Positions 13,421 through 25,597 of a DNA stretch of 64,000 nucleotides are shown piece by piece. The stretch spans positions 682,001-746,000 of the forward strand of contig BCGN01000001.1 in assembly GCA_001599295.1 (NCBI GenBank), in the 5' to 3' direction. The notes below the pieces were generated by a model. It searched no databases, was not told where the DNA came from, and saw nothing but the letters and a program-made list of their open reading frames with translations. Positions within the stretch are counted from its first letter, which is position 1. Each line of letters opens with the position of its first letter. This DNA comes from Sporopachydermia quercuum (lineage: Eukaryota). Both the position numbers and the translations under genes were made by a program.

Positions 13421-13960
13421 TTTGATAAACTGGATATTCAGACGAAAGTGAGATGACAGTGAATTCCTCTCATGATTGGATGGATCAATCAAAGGTAAAA
13501 AATCAATAAGTAGCAAGCAAGCAACATGTGAGAGTATCAACAAGTTGTACACGTACTATGTCATTGAGATGTTATAGAATTTTCATCATATGATATACTC
13601 GTTTATGATTTGGAAAATTAAGTAAAGGAATTAATCGAAAACATACATGGATATTATATGTTATGTTACGTTAAGCTGTATTGTAATCATGTATTGATGA
13701 TCCATACTTTACGGGGTGATTAGTTTATCGTAGTGAATAAGTATACATTTCTGTTTCTAATGTTTCAATGTCTAAACAAGTAGGCGATCTCATGGCCATT
13801 ACAGCACTGTCTTATCGATCGATAAGTATACAACTTGTCAAATGGTGTACATTCACCTCTAAACTATCAACAGTACTATTGGAATTAAATACATTGCTGA
13901 AACTGAGATATATAATAATACCTTCCAATTCTTCGAATCAATTTTGTTCTTTATTTTTAA

Positions 13961-16816
13961 TCATAGCCCGGATACCATAAAAGACTTAGAAAGCTCTTTT
14001 GCTACACATATCCTTATTACCCTTAAAAACTCATTAACAGAAACCGCTCTCAAATCAGATCCTGCTAAAGTACATAATTTATAACGCCAATCATAGCCAG
14101 GAATAATCCGAGTAGATAATTCAAGATCTTCATTATCATCAAAACTAATGCAGTCGAATTTAAGATTATTACGAGCTGCCAATGTCTTTAACATAGTGAT
14201 TGCGGTTTCTTCATTATCTACTTCATCCAAATCATCTAAATTACCCGTTTGAATATCAAGAACTGTCATGAAGAACTGAAAAGATCTGTAGAAGAAATTG
14301 ATTTTATCTTGATGATCATCGCTATTCAGTTGATCCTGTGGTTTATCAACAAATTCGTATCTTAATGGGTTTTGTTTATCATTTTCTCGTGAAGGCGATG
14401 TTTTTTGTTCATGAGCAATAATACTTGGTTGGTATAATTGATCTAGATTGCCTTTACCAAACTCTAGTAGATCTATATAGTTGATGATATCTAATAGCTC
14501 TTCTGACGAGAATATTGACGGGTCTAACGCGTTTCTAGAGTCATCAAAAAGACACAGGATGTTCGCCAGAAGATTTAGCTGAAATCTTTCATTCAAATGA
14601 GGAAAGTTCAGTAGCTGAAGTAAGATGAATTTTGCATCTTTATATAATTGCTTGAGATTAACCAGTTCTTTGTTTCTGTCAGCATTATCATTAGTACTGA
14701 TAGCAGCAGTATCAATAGTGGTAGTGATAATAGTATTGCCTTGCTTGTTTTCCTCAAGTTCAAGTTCATGTCGTTTGATATAAATAGCTTCAAGCTTTTT
14801 GTAGAACTCTAATAGTACACCAAATGGTGCCAAGCATTGTCTAACAGTCGCACTGAGTAAATTCTCATCAAACTTANTAGGATTGTTAATGAATTCCATC
14901 AAATTCTCATCTTTGTTGCCAGAATGACCAAGTAGGAGTGCATCTTCGAATAACTTCCAGCAGTAACTAGCTATCGAGTTATAGTCATTGAGACCATTAT
15001 ATAATGCTAATGCTTCAAACAGCTTACCACCAAAAAGATATCTTCTAGCTAAAGCTTTAATTACCGACTCTTTAGTACTTTTGGTTATCAATGAAGGCTT
15101 GGATTCCATAAGACTTAGTATGAATTCCACATCATCTCCCTCGCGTATGAAGTATCTTGTAAGAAATTGATAAGCTGTTTCAACTCGTATATCTTTTACT
15201 TGGATCAGCTCGAGCATATCAAATCCAAGCTGCAGCATTGTTCTTTTCAGTTCTGAGGAGAAATCAGAGGATTCTTGAATACTTAAACATCCCTCTAATA
15301 GCTCACAGGCTAAAGAATGAAGTAAGTACTCTGAGATAGACGATGAGACAGTTGCTGTTTCGATAGCAGGATTAAGATCAAGTGCGTCTGAAACCTTTCC
15401 ATAGTTGATATCAGATAATAAGTGTTTGAAATTAGCAAAATAAGACACTATACAAGCGAATCCTAAGTCTAAAGCTTGTAAATGGGAAATTACTAGTAAA
15501 TAGTTCTTCCGTAATAGTTCCCAGCAAGCAAACTCCCAAACAATAGTAGAATCAACTGAAAGCTTCGTATCTATTAAATCTAGCATTTCCTTGAGTTTCC
15601 CTTCGTTGAAATAAAGGCCTAGATCACTGAAGTAAAGCAATGCTGATAATGCATCATACCATGTCTTCGAATGATTTAATATGATAAAATGGTTACCATC
15701 TAAGAATTCCAGTACTTGAGTGAGCTTATTTTTCACAGATACATTGTTTAATAATCTCAGATCAGGACTCATTAATAGCTTTTTAATACTAGACTTCCAT
15801 TCAATGAAGCTCGGATATGAAAACTTGTTAATACCAGGGAAAGCATCAATAATGTCTAGAATTGAAGATGCAATAACGTTTACTTCATTGCCTTCTTCCA
15901 AGAGTTTAGAATGTAAAAACAATGTATGCAAATTAGTAAAGCGGCCTCTTGAGATTAATTGGAAAACCTCAGGCCAGAATTCATTTGAATTGAAGTCTGG
16001 ATTAGTCTTGGAAGAGGCATTAATGGTAATAGGTGATGCATAACTAATCCAACTGACAATCTGTTCTGCTAACTTATCCGAAAATCCAAACTGCAAACTC
16101 TGAAAGCATCTGACTATCTTCAAGGCTTCCTGTATTGAGAGTTTAAGAGCTTCAGCTGATCCAATTGAATCAGAAGGTGATCTTTCTTGAGATCTCTCAT
16201 CAAGACTATCAAGTAGTATTTCTGCTTCTTTTATTAGATCATTAAATCCATTGTGAATCATATACTGTCTTCTGACAATTGCTTTAGTGGATCTATCAGA
16301 AATATCAGGTAGCTTGTTCAGCAGTTCCTGTAATATTCCAACAAAAGAGCGCGATAAAAATTGAATATATTCTGGGGTCAATTGAGTGGTGGGTGATATA
16401 TCACTTACAGGATAAATAGATGTGAAAGCAGCCAATTCGTTTGGTCTAAAGGAAGGATGTTCATTAGTTAAATTTTGGTAGGAAATCCATGCTAATCCAT
16501 CATTAGAAGAATTAGGATCAAGAGTGAACTTCACACATTTAGATTGTAGAGATAAAGATTTAGTCCCACCAGGAGGAATCGGCGTGTTTGGTAAATGTTC
16601 TTCTATAGTATTGACAACTTGCGTCATAGATTCCAGCAGATAGCTACTCAATTTGAAATCAGGCAGGTTCAATCCATTTTTTCCTGCTGCTATAGTGCTT
16701 TGTCGATCTTTTTTTTTTGTCTGATTCAAATGTGTTGGTTTGGTAAANAGTGAATCACTATTATTTGGTAGTGAGCCTAGGGTAGAACTTAGGCTGGAGT
16801 TCATGGCTCCTGACAT
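13961..16816 (-). CDS. NUP85: Nucleoporin Nup85 (Y-complex), about 951 aa
   Basis: Long uninterrupted ORF, first ATG 16816. FWPEVFQLISRG, SKTWYDALSALLY and DSTIVWEFAC..LQALD match recalled Nup85 helical-domain motifs. Confidence 0.8.
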   Translation of the reverse strand: MSGAMNSSLSSTLGSLPNNSDSXFTKPTHLNQTKKKDRQSTIAAGKNGLNLPDFKLSSYLLESMTQVVNTIEEHLPNTPIPPGGTKSLSLQSKCVKFTLDPNSSNDGLAWISYQNLTNEHPSFRPNELAAFTSIYPVSDISPTTQLTPEYIQFLSRSFVGILQELLNKLPDISDRSTKAIVRRQYMIHNGFNDLIKEAEILLDSLDERSQERSPSDSIGSAEALKLSIQEALKIVRCFQSLQFGFSDKLAEQIVSWISYASPITINASSKTNPDFNSNEFWPEVFQLISRGRFTNLHTLFLHSKLLEEGNEVNVIASSILDIIDAFPGINKFSYPSFIEWKSSIKKLLMSPDLRLLNNVSVKNKLTQVLEFLDGNHFIILNHSKTWYDALSALLYFSDLGLYFNEGKLKEMLDLIDTKLSVDSTIVWEFACWELLRKNYLLVISHLQALDLGFACIVSYFANFKHLLSDINYGKVSDALDLNPAIETATVSSSISEYLLHSLACELLEGCLSIQESSDFSSELKRTMLQLGFDMLELIQVKDIRVETAYQFLTRYFIREGDDVEFILSLMESKPSLITKSTKESVIKALARRYLFGGKLFEALALYNGLNDYNSIASYCWKLFEDALLLGHSGNKDENLMEFINNPXKFDENLLSATVRQCLAPFGVLLEFYKKLEAIYIKRHELELEENKQGNTIITTTIDTAAISTNDNADRNKELVNLKQLYKDAKFILLQLLNFPHLNERFQLNLLANILCLFDDSRNALDPSIFSSEELLDIINYIDLLEFGKGNLDQLYQPSIIAHEQKTSPSRENDKQNPLRYEFVDKPQDQLNSDDHQDKINFFYRSFQFFMTVLDIQTGNLDDLDEVDNEETAITMLKTLAARNNLKFDCISFDDNEDLELSTRIIPGYDWRYKLCTLAGSDLRAVSVNEFLRVIRICVAKELSKSFMVSGL

Positions 16817-17830
16817 CTTTTCCAATTATCCGTTAAGATGATGGACGCGGCGTATACTTAAGACGCCAACTGGATTTTGTACTTAGGTATTTAGAAGTCT
16901 AATTAGTAGTAGATGGCAGTGGAGATATAGAAACAAACGTTTTGATGGTGCATGATGTGTTAATCTTGTATATTATGAAAGCGATTTACAATAACGGTGC
17001 AAAAATCAAAAACTGCTTATATTCAACCATGGGATATGGGACAGGTTCACATCTACATCTAAAATAGAGGGGTAGTTTGTGAGATTAAAAAGGGTAGTTG
17101 CTAATTACTTCAATAAGAAGAAATAGGCTGAATGTATGAGATGGTCAGTGTATCTTATGACTGGTAGCCGGCTTTCAATATTGATTATGCTCATAATTTT
17201 AAGATTGTTCTCTGGATACAAAAGCTAAGCTAGCTGCTAAGTAAAGGGTTGAATTTTTGAGCTCTAATAGTATCGGGTAGAAGTACGTACTGAGGGATGT
17301 TCTACAGTGAGGAACAAAAGGATGATCTAAAATGAAGTGAACTAAAATAAAAAATTCATTAACTTAGAGGGTTTATCCAACTGGAGTAATTAAAATAAAC
17401 GTCTAACAAAATGATCTCGTCTGATAGATATCGCACTTCACATAAGTTGAAGTAGACTAAACAACACTTGTTCATATTTTNAAACGTTATAAAGACTTTT
17501 AATTCATTGAATTTTGTAAGGGTTTTTACATGTAAACCGACGAAGAACTACCAACAAAGATCTACTGAATACTAATTGCTGGCGACACATTATTTGTTGG
17601 TGACATATTAATTTATTATAAATAAGCTAATATCCAGATGCTTATCTTGCTTTATTATTCCTCTTAAATACCACGAAATAGCTATANATAAAAGGGCACG
17701 AATGGAGAAAAACAACATATAGTCACTAATAGGACGAATCTACGAGAGNCCCATAATCGGAGAGGGTTATCAGGGTNAATTATCTTACATATTTCTGTTA
17801 CAACCAGCTATGCATTACTTATTACTANAC

Positions 17831-17850
17831 CACGTGACCTTTCACGTGAC
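17831..17850. promoter_or_regulatory. Tandem CACGTGAC E-boxes (Cbf1/Tye7-type)
   Basis: cacgtgac-cttt-cacgtgac: two perfect sites 12 bp apart. Confidence 0.5.
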
Positions 17851-18072
17851 ACATTGGTATTTTACATCTATCTATATTTCTATTTGTACCTTTTATAAAT
17901 ATACTATTTACTTCGCTGATTATTTACTCTCATTCTTCTCTTTCTAATTAATAAGAAGAAGAAGGAGAAGAAGGAAAAAGAGTAAGAATTCTGATACAAT
18001 TCTTCAATTTTTCTTAAAATTCATTTTATTTTACTGAATGATGTATGATCAGACAGCAACACATTTCAAGCT

Positions 18073-18144
18073 GGGCGATTAGTGTAGTGGTTATCATACT
18101 TGCCTTCCAAGCAAGTGACAGGGGTTCGATTCTCCTATCGCTCA
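18073..18144 (+). tRNA. tRNA-Gly(TCC), no intron
   Basis: Acceptor GGGCGAT/ATCGCTC+A, A-box TAGTGTAGTGG, anticodon arm CTTGC-CTTCCAA-GCAAG, T-loop GGTTCGATTC, followed by a T-run. Confidence 0.97.
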
Positions 18145-19193
18145 TTTTAGTCGTGAAATTTTTAGATCTTTTTAAGTTTTTCAGANCTGAACCTTCAATC
18201 TTATTTTTTAAGTTGAGAAACTTGAATATACTGGTATTGACAGAGGTTTATATTGATTGGTACGTACTTTTAGAACATTTCTTTGCATGTATTCTTTTTC
18301 TAGGTAGCCTCTAATATTACTTCTTATTACTTCCTTTTTACTCAAATATTTCTAACAATATTTCAAATATCTTGCTTGTGTTTCTTTCCGATGAATGACA
18401 ATTTTCGCTTCTCTCAACCTGTTTCCTGATTTGAATTTAAACTCTCGTAACTGTTAGAATAGCGTTTCTTCTCAAACTTTAATTGAAGAGAATTAGATAA
18501 CCTGCGTACTTTTTGTGTTTTATATTATGATGATAACTATGTTCAATTATTCTTTGTTTACCATTACTCTATTCATTCAAATACCTTTGGAACAGACAAA
18601 TGACCCTTTTCGGTATCTTGCATACTGAAAACAAAGTATGCTATATCCCATCTAAAGCATCTAACTCAGAAGAAATATTAAGTAGATAGACATCTGGTTT
18701 ATCTTTCTCTTAACAGCTTGGAGGAAACTATTTCCTTTTCTCATTATACATCAACTTTCCCCTAAAATTTGTCGATATAATTATGTCTTCTGGTATTTGT
18801 AGACCATATTCAAATACTTCAGGTCGATCCCAAGGTATATACACCCCAGAAGATTATCTGAATATTGGAAGTAGTGAAAACAACGACGGAAGAAGCTATT
18901 CATTCTGGTAGGGACTTACTAGATGATATAGTGTTTATTGAAAAATTTACAATGCAAGAATGCTGTTACGAATTCATTCCTACATTACACTTAAGTTGAA
19001 TGTATGAAATATGAGCCACAAAGGAAACTACCGCATTGGCCAATACTTTATCAACAATTAAAGTAAGACATATTCTTGTCAGTTTCATTTTGTTTACCAT
19101 TACCTAGTTCCTAATACGTAATACCTAACACCCTAGTAATATAGCCAGCCAACTATTCATAACCTCTTTTTTTCCAATATCTCATTATTTTGT

Positions 19194-22100
19194 TTATTTC
19201 AACCCAAAACCTTCACTCATTTCAACCGCCATTTCTAATTTCTGCCTTAGCTTTTCTTTATTCCTATACATGTACAAACAAATCTCATTAAAACATGTAT
19301 GAGAACTAGGTAGTCTGTCGCAATCACCACCTAAATATGATATCTTGAATTTCAAATTACTAATTCCTGTTGCAGGAATTCGATCAGATCCTGTTACAAA
19401 TATCAGTAGTCTTTTCTGCATTTCGACGTTATAACACGTGAACAGCTCCCAGAACCATTTAACTACTGGTGAATTCTCTGCGGCCTGTATACTCGGCCAA
19501 CCGTGATACCTCACAACAGTTTTCAGTAATTCTATGTCTAAGCTTTCATTGGAACCGCAGATTAAGAGCTCAATTTCTTCAGGCGTAAATAATGATAATG
19601 CATTACCACCAATAACATGATGGAACCCTCTTTTGAATGGTTCAAACGCTCTTGCAATAGACACATCCAAGAAATATGCAACATACTTTTTAACATACTC
19701 TTTCCTGTTCTCTTTTGTGACAATAATATTTTCACCGTTAGGAATCAATGGCTCTGTTTTCATTAATCCAAAAATATTAGTGTCAACAGAAAACGTTAAT
19801 GAGAAGACTTCACTAAAATCACCCCCCTGGTACTGCAATAAAGCTTCGAGACTCCTTCCCTGTACAGGATAAAGTTCAGTGAATTCCGCCAAACCATAAT
19901 CGTAACCTAAAAGCTTCTTATACAAAGCAGAAGGAAACGCTAAATCTAAAATAATAGAATTATAAATAGCCAAGCCTAAAACCACACCAACAAGATAATA
20001 CTGTGTTGTTTTTTCAAAAGGTTGACTTGAAAACCAGCATTTTAGTGATTCTTCATCATAAACAAACATCCCATAGGAAGGATCAAGTAATTCTTTGGTT
20101 AATAATGCGAACCACTCTTTCTTAAGACCCCCTGCATCAATTCCTGGTTCTCCACTAAACTCTACTTTCAGGCTTTTCTTAAAATTATCCTCCTGTTGAG
20201 ATATACTTGTTAGAGAGTCTTCTGTGAGACAATCCCGTCGTACCTTTATTTTGAAATTAACATCGATTAATGTCTGCCGATCAATTGCATCAACAAATGC
20301 CTCTTCTGCTTTTCTTGCCATTTGTTTCCCAGCTTCGTATTGTAATATAACTGTTTTTGCGCCTAAGGATAATAAGAAAGGAAATTGGCAGAATATATGT
20401 TTCACTGTTTTGTTTGAGCCTAATAATGTAGAATCCGTTTGATCACTCAGTAACACATCAGTGTTTTCAATTGTTGTTTCAATGTCACAACTACTACTAC
20501 CAGCTATACCCGTAGGGCCAAAAGTAGAAGAGGTGGTCCAATTGTCCATGTATTTTTCCAACGCAGATTTCACGCTTTTATTCTTTCCTGCTAAAGCGGA
20601 CAATGAAATCAATGAAGAGGGNGATTTTTTCATTTTACCTGAATTATGACTTGTTTGCCATCTCTCAAAATCAGCTTTAACATTAATATAATCACACATA
20701 GTGTTATAGAACTCTGATACTGGGCATTTGAGCTTCCCTGCACCTCTAGCTAAATTAGCTGTGAAAAAAATAGCTAAAACTCTTGCGCAGGTTTTAATTT
20801 GCCAGTCAAATGCATATACATTTGGATCTATAAGCATCTGCTTGCCCATCTTTGATTTTCCATTTGATCTTCCTAGTAGTACAGAGGGTAATCCTAATGA
20901 TGATATTAATCCATTGGGGCCATAATCATCTTTATTATCAAAAGAGTTGCTTGAATTGTTAATAGATCCATTAACATGAGTATTCATCCTGTTGACATCA
21001 TGGCTTGTGATAGGTTTACTAGGAGTAGCTGATTCCCTGTAATGTTTCAAGAGTCTGAACGAAATATATGAATTTAATAGCTGCACTTTGCTAACAAACA
21101 GCTCCTGGTCGTATCTTGCAAACCAGTTTAGTAAATAGTTCATTTGCTGTTCATTACACTGAGAAAGGACACCTGTTCCTCTTCTAACTATGCTGTAAGA
21201 TAATGTTTGTATTTCTTGGATTTCTGTATGAGCAACGTCTTTGAAGCTTTTCAGTAAATGAGAGTCAGGTAAACTAGTTCCAAAGGCACCTTGAGATAGT
21301 ACCGGATTCTCTAAAGCAATGAGTATCCAACAAAGATTTCTTGCATCTGATAAAGCATCTACTGGTAATTCTTTTAGCAGATTTTTTACTCCTAGCATGA
21401 AAGCAATGATAGGTTTGCAAGATTCTAAGGAAAACAATAAATCGTAGAAGGAATGTACTTCTGTCATGTCAAATCCTGGAGTTGAATGGTGTAATCTGTT
21501 TGCTTTTGACTGTTGTTTTATATTGCTGTTGAAAGATCCGTTAAGTTGTGCAAGAGAAATAGCTGTGGTATAGACAATTTGCTCTAATGGTGTAAAAAGT
21601 ATCTCGATATCGTTATTTGTTAATCTTGAATGGTTCAAGCCTTCTTTACATTTGCTGATGACTCTTTTAACAAGAGATAAGCTGAGAGGACGGCCAATTC
21701 CTGGTTTGAAGTCAACCGGTCCATGCAAAAGTACTGTGTTACATATTCCACCTGCATATGTTAGTATAAGTAGAAATAAATATAACTGAGTTGAAACAGC
21801 TGCAGAGAAACAGACGAAATAAAGTCCATTAACATTACCACAGATACATACATTTGACTTTCATTATACCTTTTGGATACTTTATAGAAGTACCACAGCA
21901 TCTACAATATGTAGTTACCTAGTAAGATAAGGAATCATTCGTTAGTAAACTCTTTCTTCGGTTTATCACGGTTCTTCTCGTCATCATACTTACATTATAA
22001 TCGACGCTGTCATTAACATCAAGATTATCAGAGAAAGACGAGTCACAGGTATCAATGGAATTCAAATCAGCTTTTTTTCCACCGTGTTTACGGCTATCAG

Positions 22101-22338
22101 GGCTCTGAGTGTGACTACTTTCATTACTGCTGGTTAGCCTTTTTATACGTCCCATGCCTCCCCATAATGACTTCTTTGCAGGTTTAGATGCTTTGCCATG
22201 TTGTTGGGCGTTCTGATTTTGCTGTTGTGATAATGAAGCTGACACTGACTGAACAATGTCATTGACTGACGATTGAGTTGATATTGAAGAGCTCGAGAAC
22301 ACACGAGCTTCGTTTGAGCTTCCTTGTTGTAAGGACAT
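19194..22338 (-). CDS. HUL4: HECT E3 ubiquitin ligase Hul4; 3 exons, 989 aa
   Basis: Exons 22338-21994, 21918-21852, 21751-19194; introns 21919-21993 (GTAAGT..TACTAAC..TAG) and 21752-21851 (GTATGT..TACTAAC..CAG). Splicing restores the CRCCGT..YPK..KCGICNT motif. HECT motifs GEPGIDAGGLKKEWF and catalytic LPSSHTCFN. Confidence 0.9.
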
Positions 22339-23046
22339 TGTCGTTATTTGAAAAGAACTCGCTATCTCAGTGTATAGTTTTAGTTGTCCTTTTTTTTTGT
22401 GCATAAATAATAGTTTTTTATCAAATCAACTATCAACGACCAATCAATGCGTTACTATTCATTTTGCTTAGTGATTTAATTTCCTTCAAGTCAATCTGTT
22501 TTCATTTGAACCACCAGAATCTCTACTGGTTTGAAAACTTGACTCTTTATTGATAGATTTGATCTTGACAGCAAATAACTATTTTATGGTGGAACAGTAG
22601 ATAAGAAATATACTATGATATATATATCTACTTATTGAGTGATCTTGTACTCTTCTTTGTAAGTTAATAATACACCATGCTATGAGGAAATGCTCAAACG
22701 CAGTTACCCCGTTATCTTCCAAATGGTAGCAATTTCAATTTCAGAGTAATCAGTGTAATGTAATGACTTCAGTGATTTCACGCGANCTATTTCTATGTAG
22801 AGTTTAAAAGACAGCGTAGATCATCCAAGAGATCAGAACGAAGTTATATGGTCTTTAGCAAGCCAGGTTAGATTAGTAGCAAAAAAGATAGAATGAATAA
22901 AAAACAATAGCATCGGATACAAAGACTAGCAGAGTTGTCTGGAAAACCTGGAGGGANATTGGAGGCTAACACGGAGACTTACGACGTGTACGTAATGCAA
23001 AGAAAGGTTTAAGTTTGCAAGTGAGAGAATTCTATGAGGATGAGAT

Positions 23047-23056
23047 GCGATGAGAT
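23047..23056 (+). promoter_or_regulatory. PAC-like element GCGATGAGAT
   Basis: Exact PAC consensus about 710 bp upstream of the HUL4 ATG; single site, function not shown. Confidence 0.3.
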
Positions 23057-24785
23057 AGCGCAGAAAGATATAACGGAGATTTAATTTCAGAACGCATTTT
23101 AGAGCAAAAGAAGGAAGCGCTGTGTTTGGTTATTGTAATTAATATCTAAGTAAGAAACTCAAGAATTTTTTTACAAATTTCAAATAAAATAGTGGTATAG
23201 AATTAAAGCAAGTATCCTTATACTCAGAACCACCGTTGAGAGGGAGTAGAGAAGTTAAAATTCAAATAATTGAGGTAAAGTTTGTTAAAGGTCGCTAGTT
23301 CTGTAAATCTTGAAAGTCTGATAAAAACTAGTTGAAGAGTTATGGGTTTCAATGAACATATATTTGAGACTAAATATGATTGTTTCAAACTTATTTAAAT
23401 TTTTGATTTTTGGTCGCTCATTGGAAAGCCATTCCTTCATATCCTGGGACTCTTTCCAATCTCAAGTACTCCGTTCCTGTTCCTATTTCCTGTTCNTTGG
23501 TTTATTTCCTTATGTGGATTTCAGTTAGAACCAGTACGTACAAAGTACGTCAAGTCCCATTCTCACCTCAATTGGCCTGAATTCAAATGGGGCTAGCTTG
23601 CCTGTTCACCAGGAACTGATCTGCAATCAATAAATACAACAAACGACTTGATCGATGGTGAGGTCCTTAGTAAATTTAAGCACATGTNGGGAGAGGTGTT
23701 TAATTACCAGTGTGGGAAGAAAAAAAATGAAGTGTATAAGATGGGAACCTTTGTGCTGTTCCGTCGATGCATCAACCTGGAGTGATAAATAACTCCGTAG
23801 AGAGGCTTAGAATTACTACCGAAATCATTCGTTTATTGTTAAAGTTTGTTGTTTTCTAGATGTCTTTGGGCTAGAAGGCCAAATAGTGAAGAATGAAATG
23901 CTAAGTTTCTTATTGTTCTAGCTGCTCATATATCTATANCTCATATATCTCACTTGCTATCTAAAGTGATTTACAAGATCTATTAGTCCATTATCTATGT
24001 TATATAAGTACATCTGATAGGGAGAATTCAACTCCCATCTATTNAGTCTCGATGTCATTCATGAAAACTACAGCATATAATTTTTTCTTCTTCTGCTTCA
24101 TCTTTTACTCGTTCTTCAAGGTTTTTCTTCTTCTTGCGAGCGTTCTAATTATAGTCCATAATAACGTTTCCAATTAGTTATTGGTATATTTGACAGTTGA
24201 TATGTACAGATTATCTGAAATATTCTGTTCACTATTCATTATTCTTTTTGTTAATTGAATAGACAATTGACGCACATTGACGAAGCTGCAGTTCTATAGT
24301 TTTGATAGTTTTGAGTGAGAAATAAATATTCATATTCTCCCATCGATTATCTAATCTCAATATCCTATTCAATTGAAATTCGCTCTTATGCATATAACAA
24401 CTGATCTTATTATTCTGTCCCATTATATTCTCTCAGCTCCAAGGCAAGAATTATTTACCCATTCAGATCTCTAACCATAATCACGTAATCATAAATAATC
24501 CCCATCTCCAGTACCACTCCCTATCACATCGCATCTCCTTTAATACAGGATATTTACTAATTTTTTCAGTGTGTTTCCGCTTTGTTCTATGGATTGTCTC
24601 CGATATAAACTATGATTGACAATTTGAGAGCCGTTATTCAATCGATTCACCTATTAGCATCATCTATTTCTTTCTTACACTTTGTATCAATCCGAAAGTA
24701 CAATCAATATATTATCATTAAATCTTTGTTCTTTTGGATTCTTATCTCTGCTCGTGCTTATCATGATCAGCAAGCTATTGACATA

Positions 24786-25592
24786 ATGAGACCATTGAGG
24801 ATCACACTCATTGACACATCAGATGTGATGTGCAAAGCCTGGAAAAGGCTTATAGCGGATTTACTCGTAATCAAACAAGCAGATGGAAAAGTCTTCCGGG
24901 ATGATATTCCTGAGCTTGAAGTTCGCCAAGGTGTATTTGATAGAGGGTCAGAAGCATGGAAGAACTCCATATTTGACACAGTAGTATCACCAGGCAATTC
25001 GTTTGGCTCATTGGGAGGAGGTTTTGATTTGGCCATTGCCAGATTCTTTGCACCCAAGAATAGTTCTCCCAAAATGATTGATGACATTGTGGAAAAGCAT
25101 TTTGATTCTGGAGTATTGATGGGTTATAATCCAGTAGGAAATGCTCAAGTGATTGACATGAAGGAAGCATTCAGCAAATACTCATCAATTGACTTCCAAT
25201 CAAGTTCTCCAGCATTTGTTCATCATCAATGCCGTTTTCTAGTCCATCAACCAACAATGAGAACTCCTCTAGCTTTCAATAAGCATCTAACTGAGCTTGA
25301 GCTTTTATCAATAGTATTTGACTTTACCTGGTCTATAATGGCTGCAATTGAGTCATATAACAGAGGCTCCAATGAGCAACAGATCTCTCGAATAGTATTT
25401 CCCGGCCTTGGAACAGGAATAGGTGGTATACCAAAAGAACTTGCCGCTACTGCTATGATATACGCTATTATTATTAGGTATATTGATGATTCCTCCCGTA
25501 GAAAGCAAGCCCTATTGCAACTGCTTAAAGGGAAAACCAACAACTTAACAGAGATCATTGTCAAATCTGCATCATCAAATCTAACGCTGTAG
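24786..25592 (+). CDS. Macro-domain ADP-ribose-1''-phosphate phosphatase, YMR087W-type, about 268 aa
   Basis: VVSPGNSFGSLGGGFDLAI and IVFPGLGTGIGG macro-domain motifs. Likely start MRPLRITLID at 24786; in-frame upstream ATG at 24612 is also possible. Neighbours match YMR087W-VBA1-YTA12. Confidence 0.85.
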   Translation: MRPLRITLIDTSDVMCKAWKRLIADLLVIKQADGKVFRDDIPELEVRQGVFDRGSEAWKNSIFDTVVSPGNSFGSLGGGFDLAIARFFAPKNSSPKMIDDIVEKHFDSGVLMGYNPVGNAQVIDMKEAFSKYSSIDFQSSSPAFVHHQCRFLVHQPTMRTPLAFNKHLTELELLSIVFDFTWSIMAAIESYNRGSNEQQISRIVFPGLGTGIGGIPKELAATAMIYAIIIRYIDDSSRRKQALLQLLKGKTNNLTEIIVKSASSNLTL

Positions 25593-25597
25593 AGCTT

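Noticed and set aside
17750..17960. Point centromere around the CDEI-like GTCACGTG sites
   Set aside because: No >90% AT CDEII tract and no CDEIII consensus at the right spacing on either strand.
18045..18314. 89-aa ORF
   Set aside because: It runs through the tRNA-Gly gene and its terminator.
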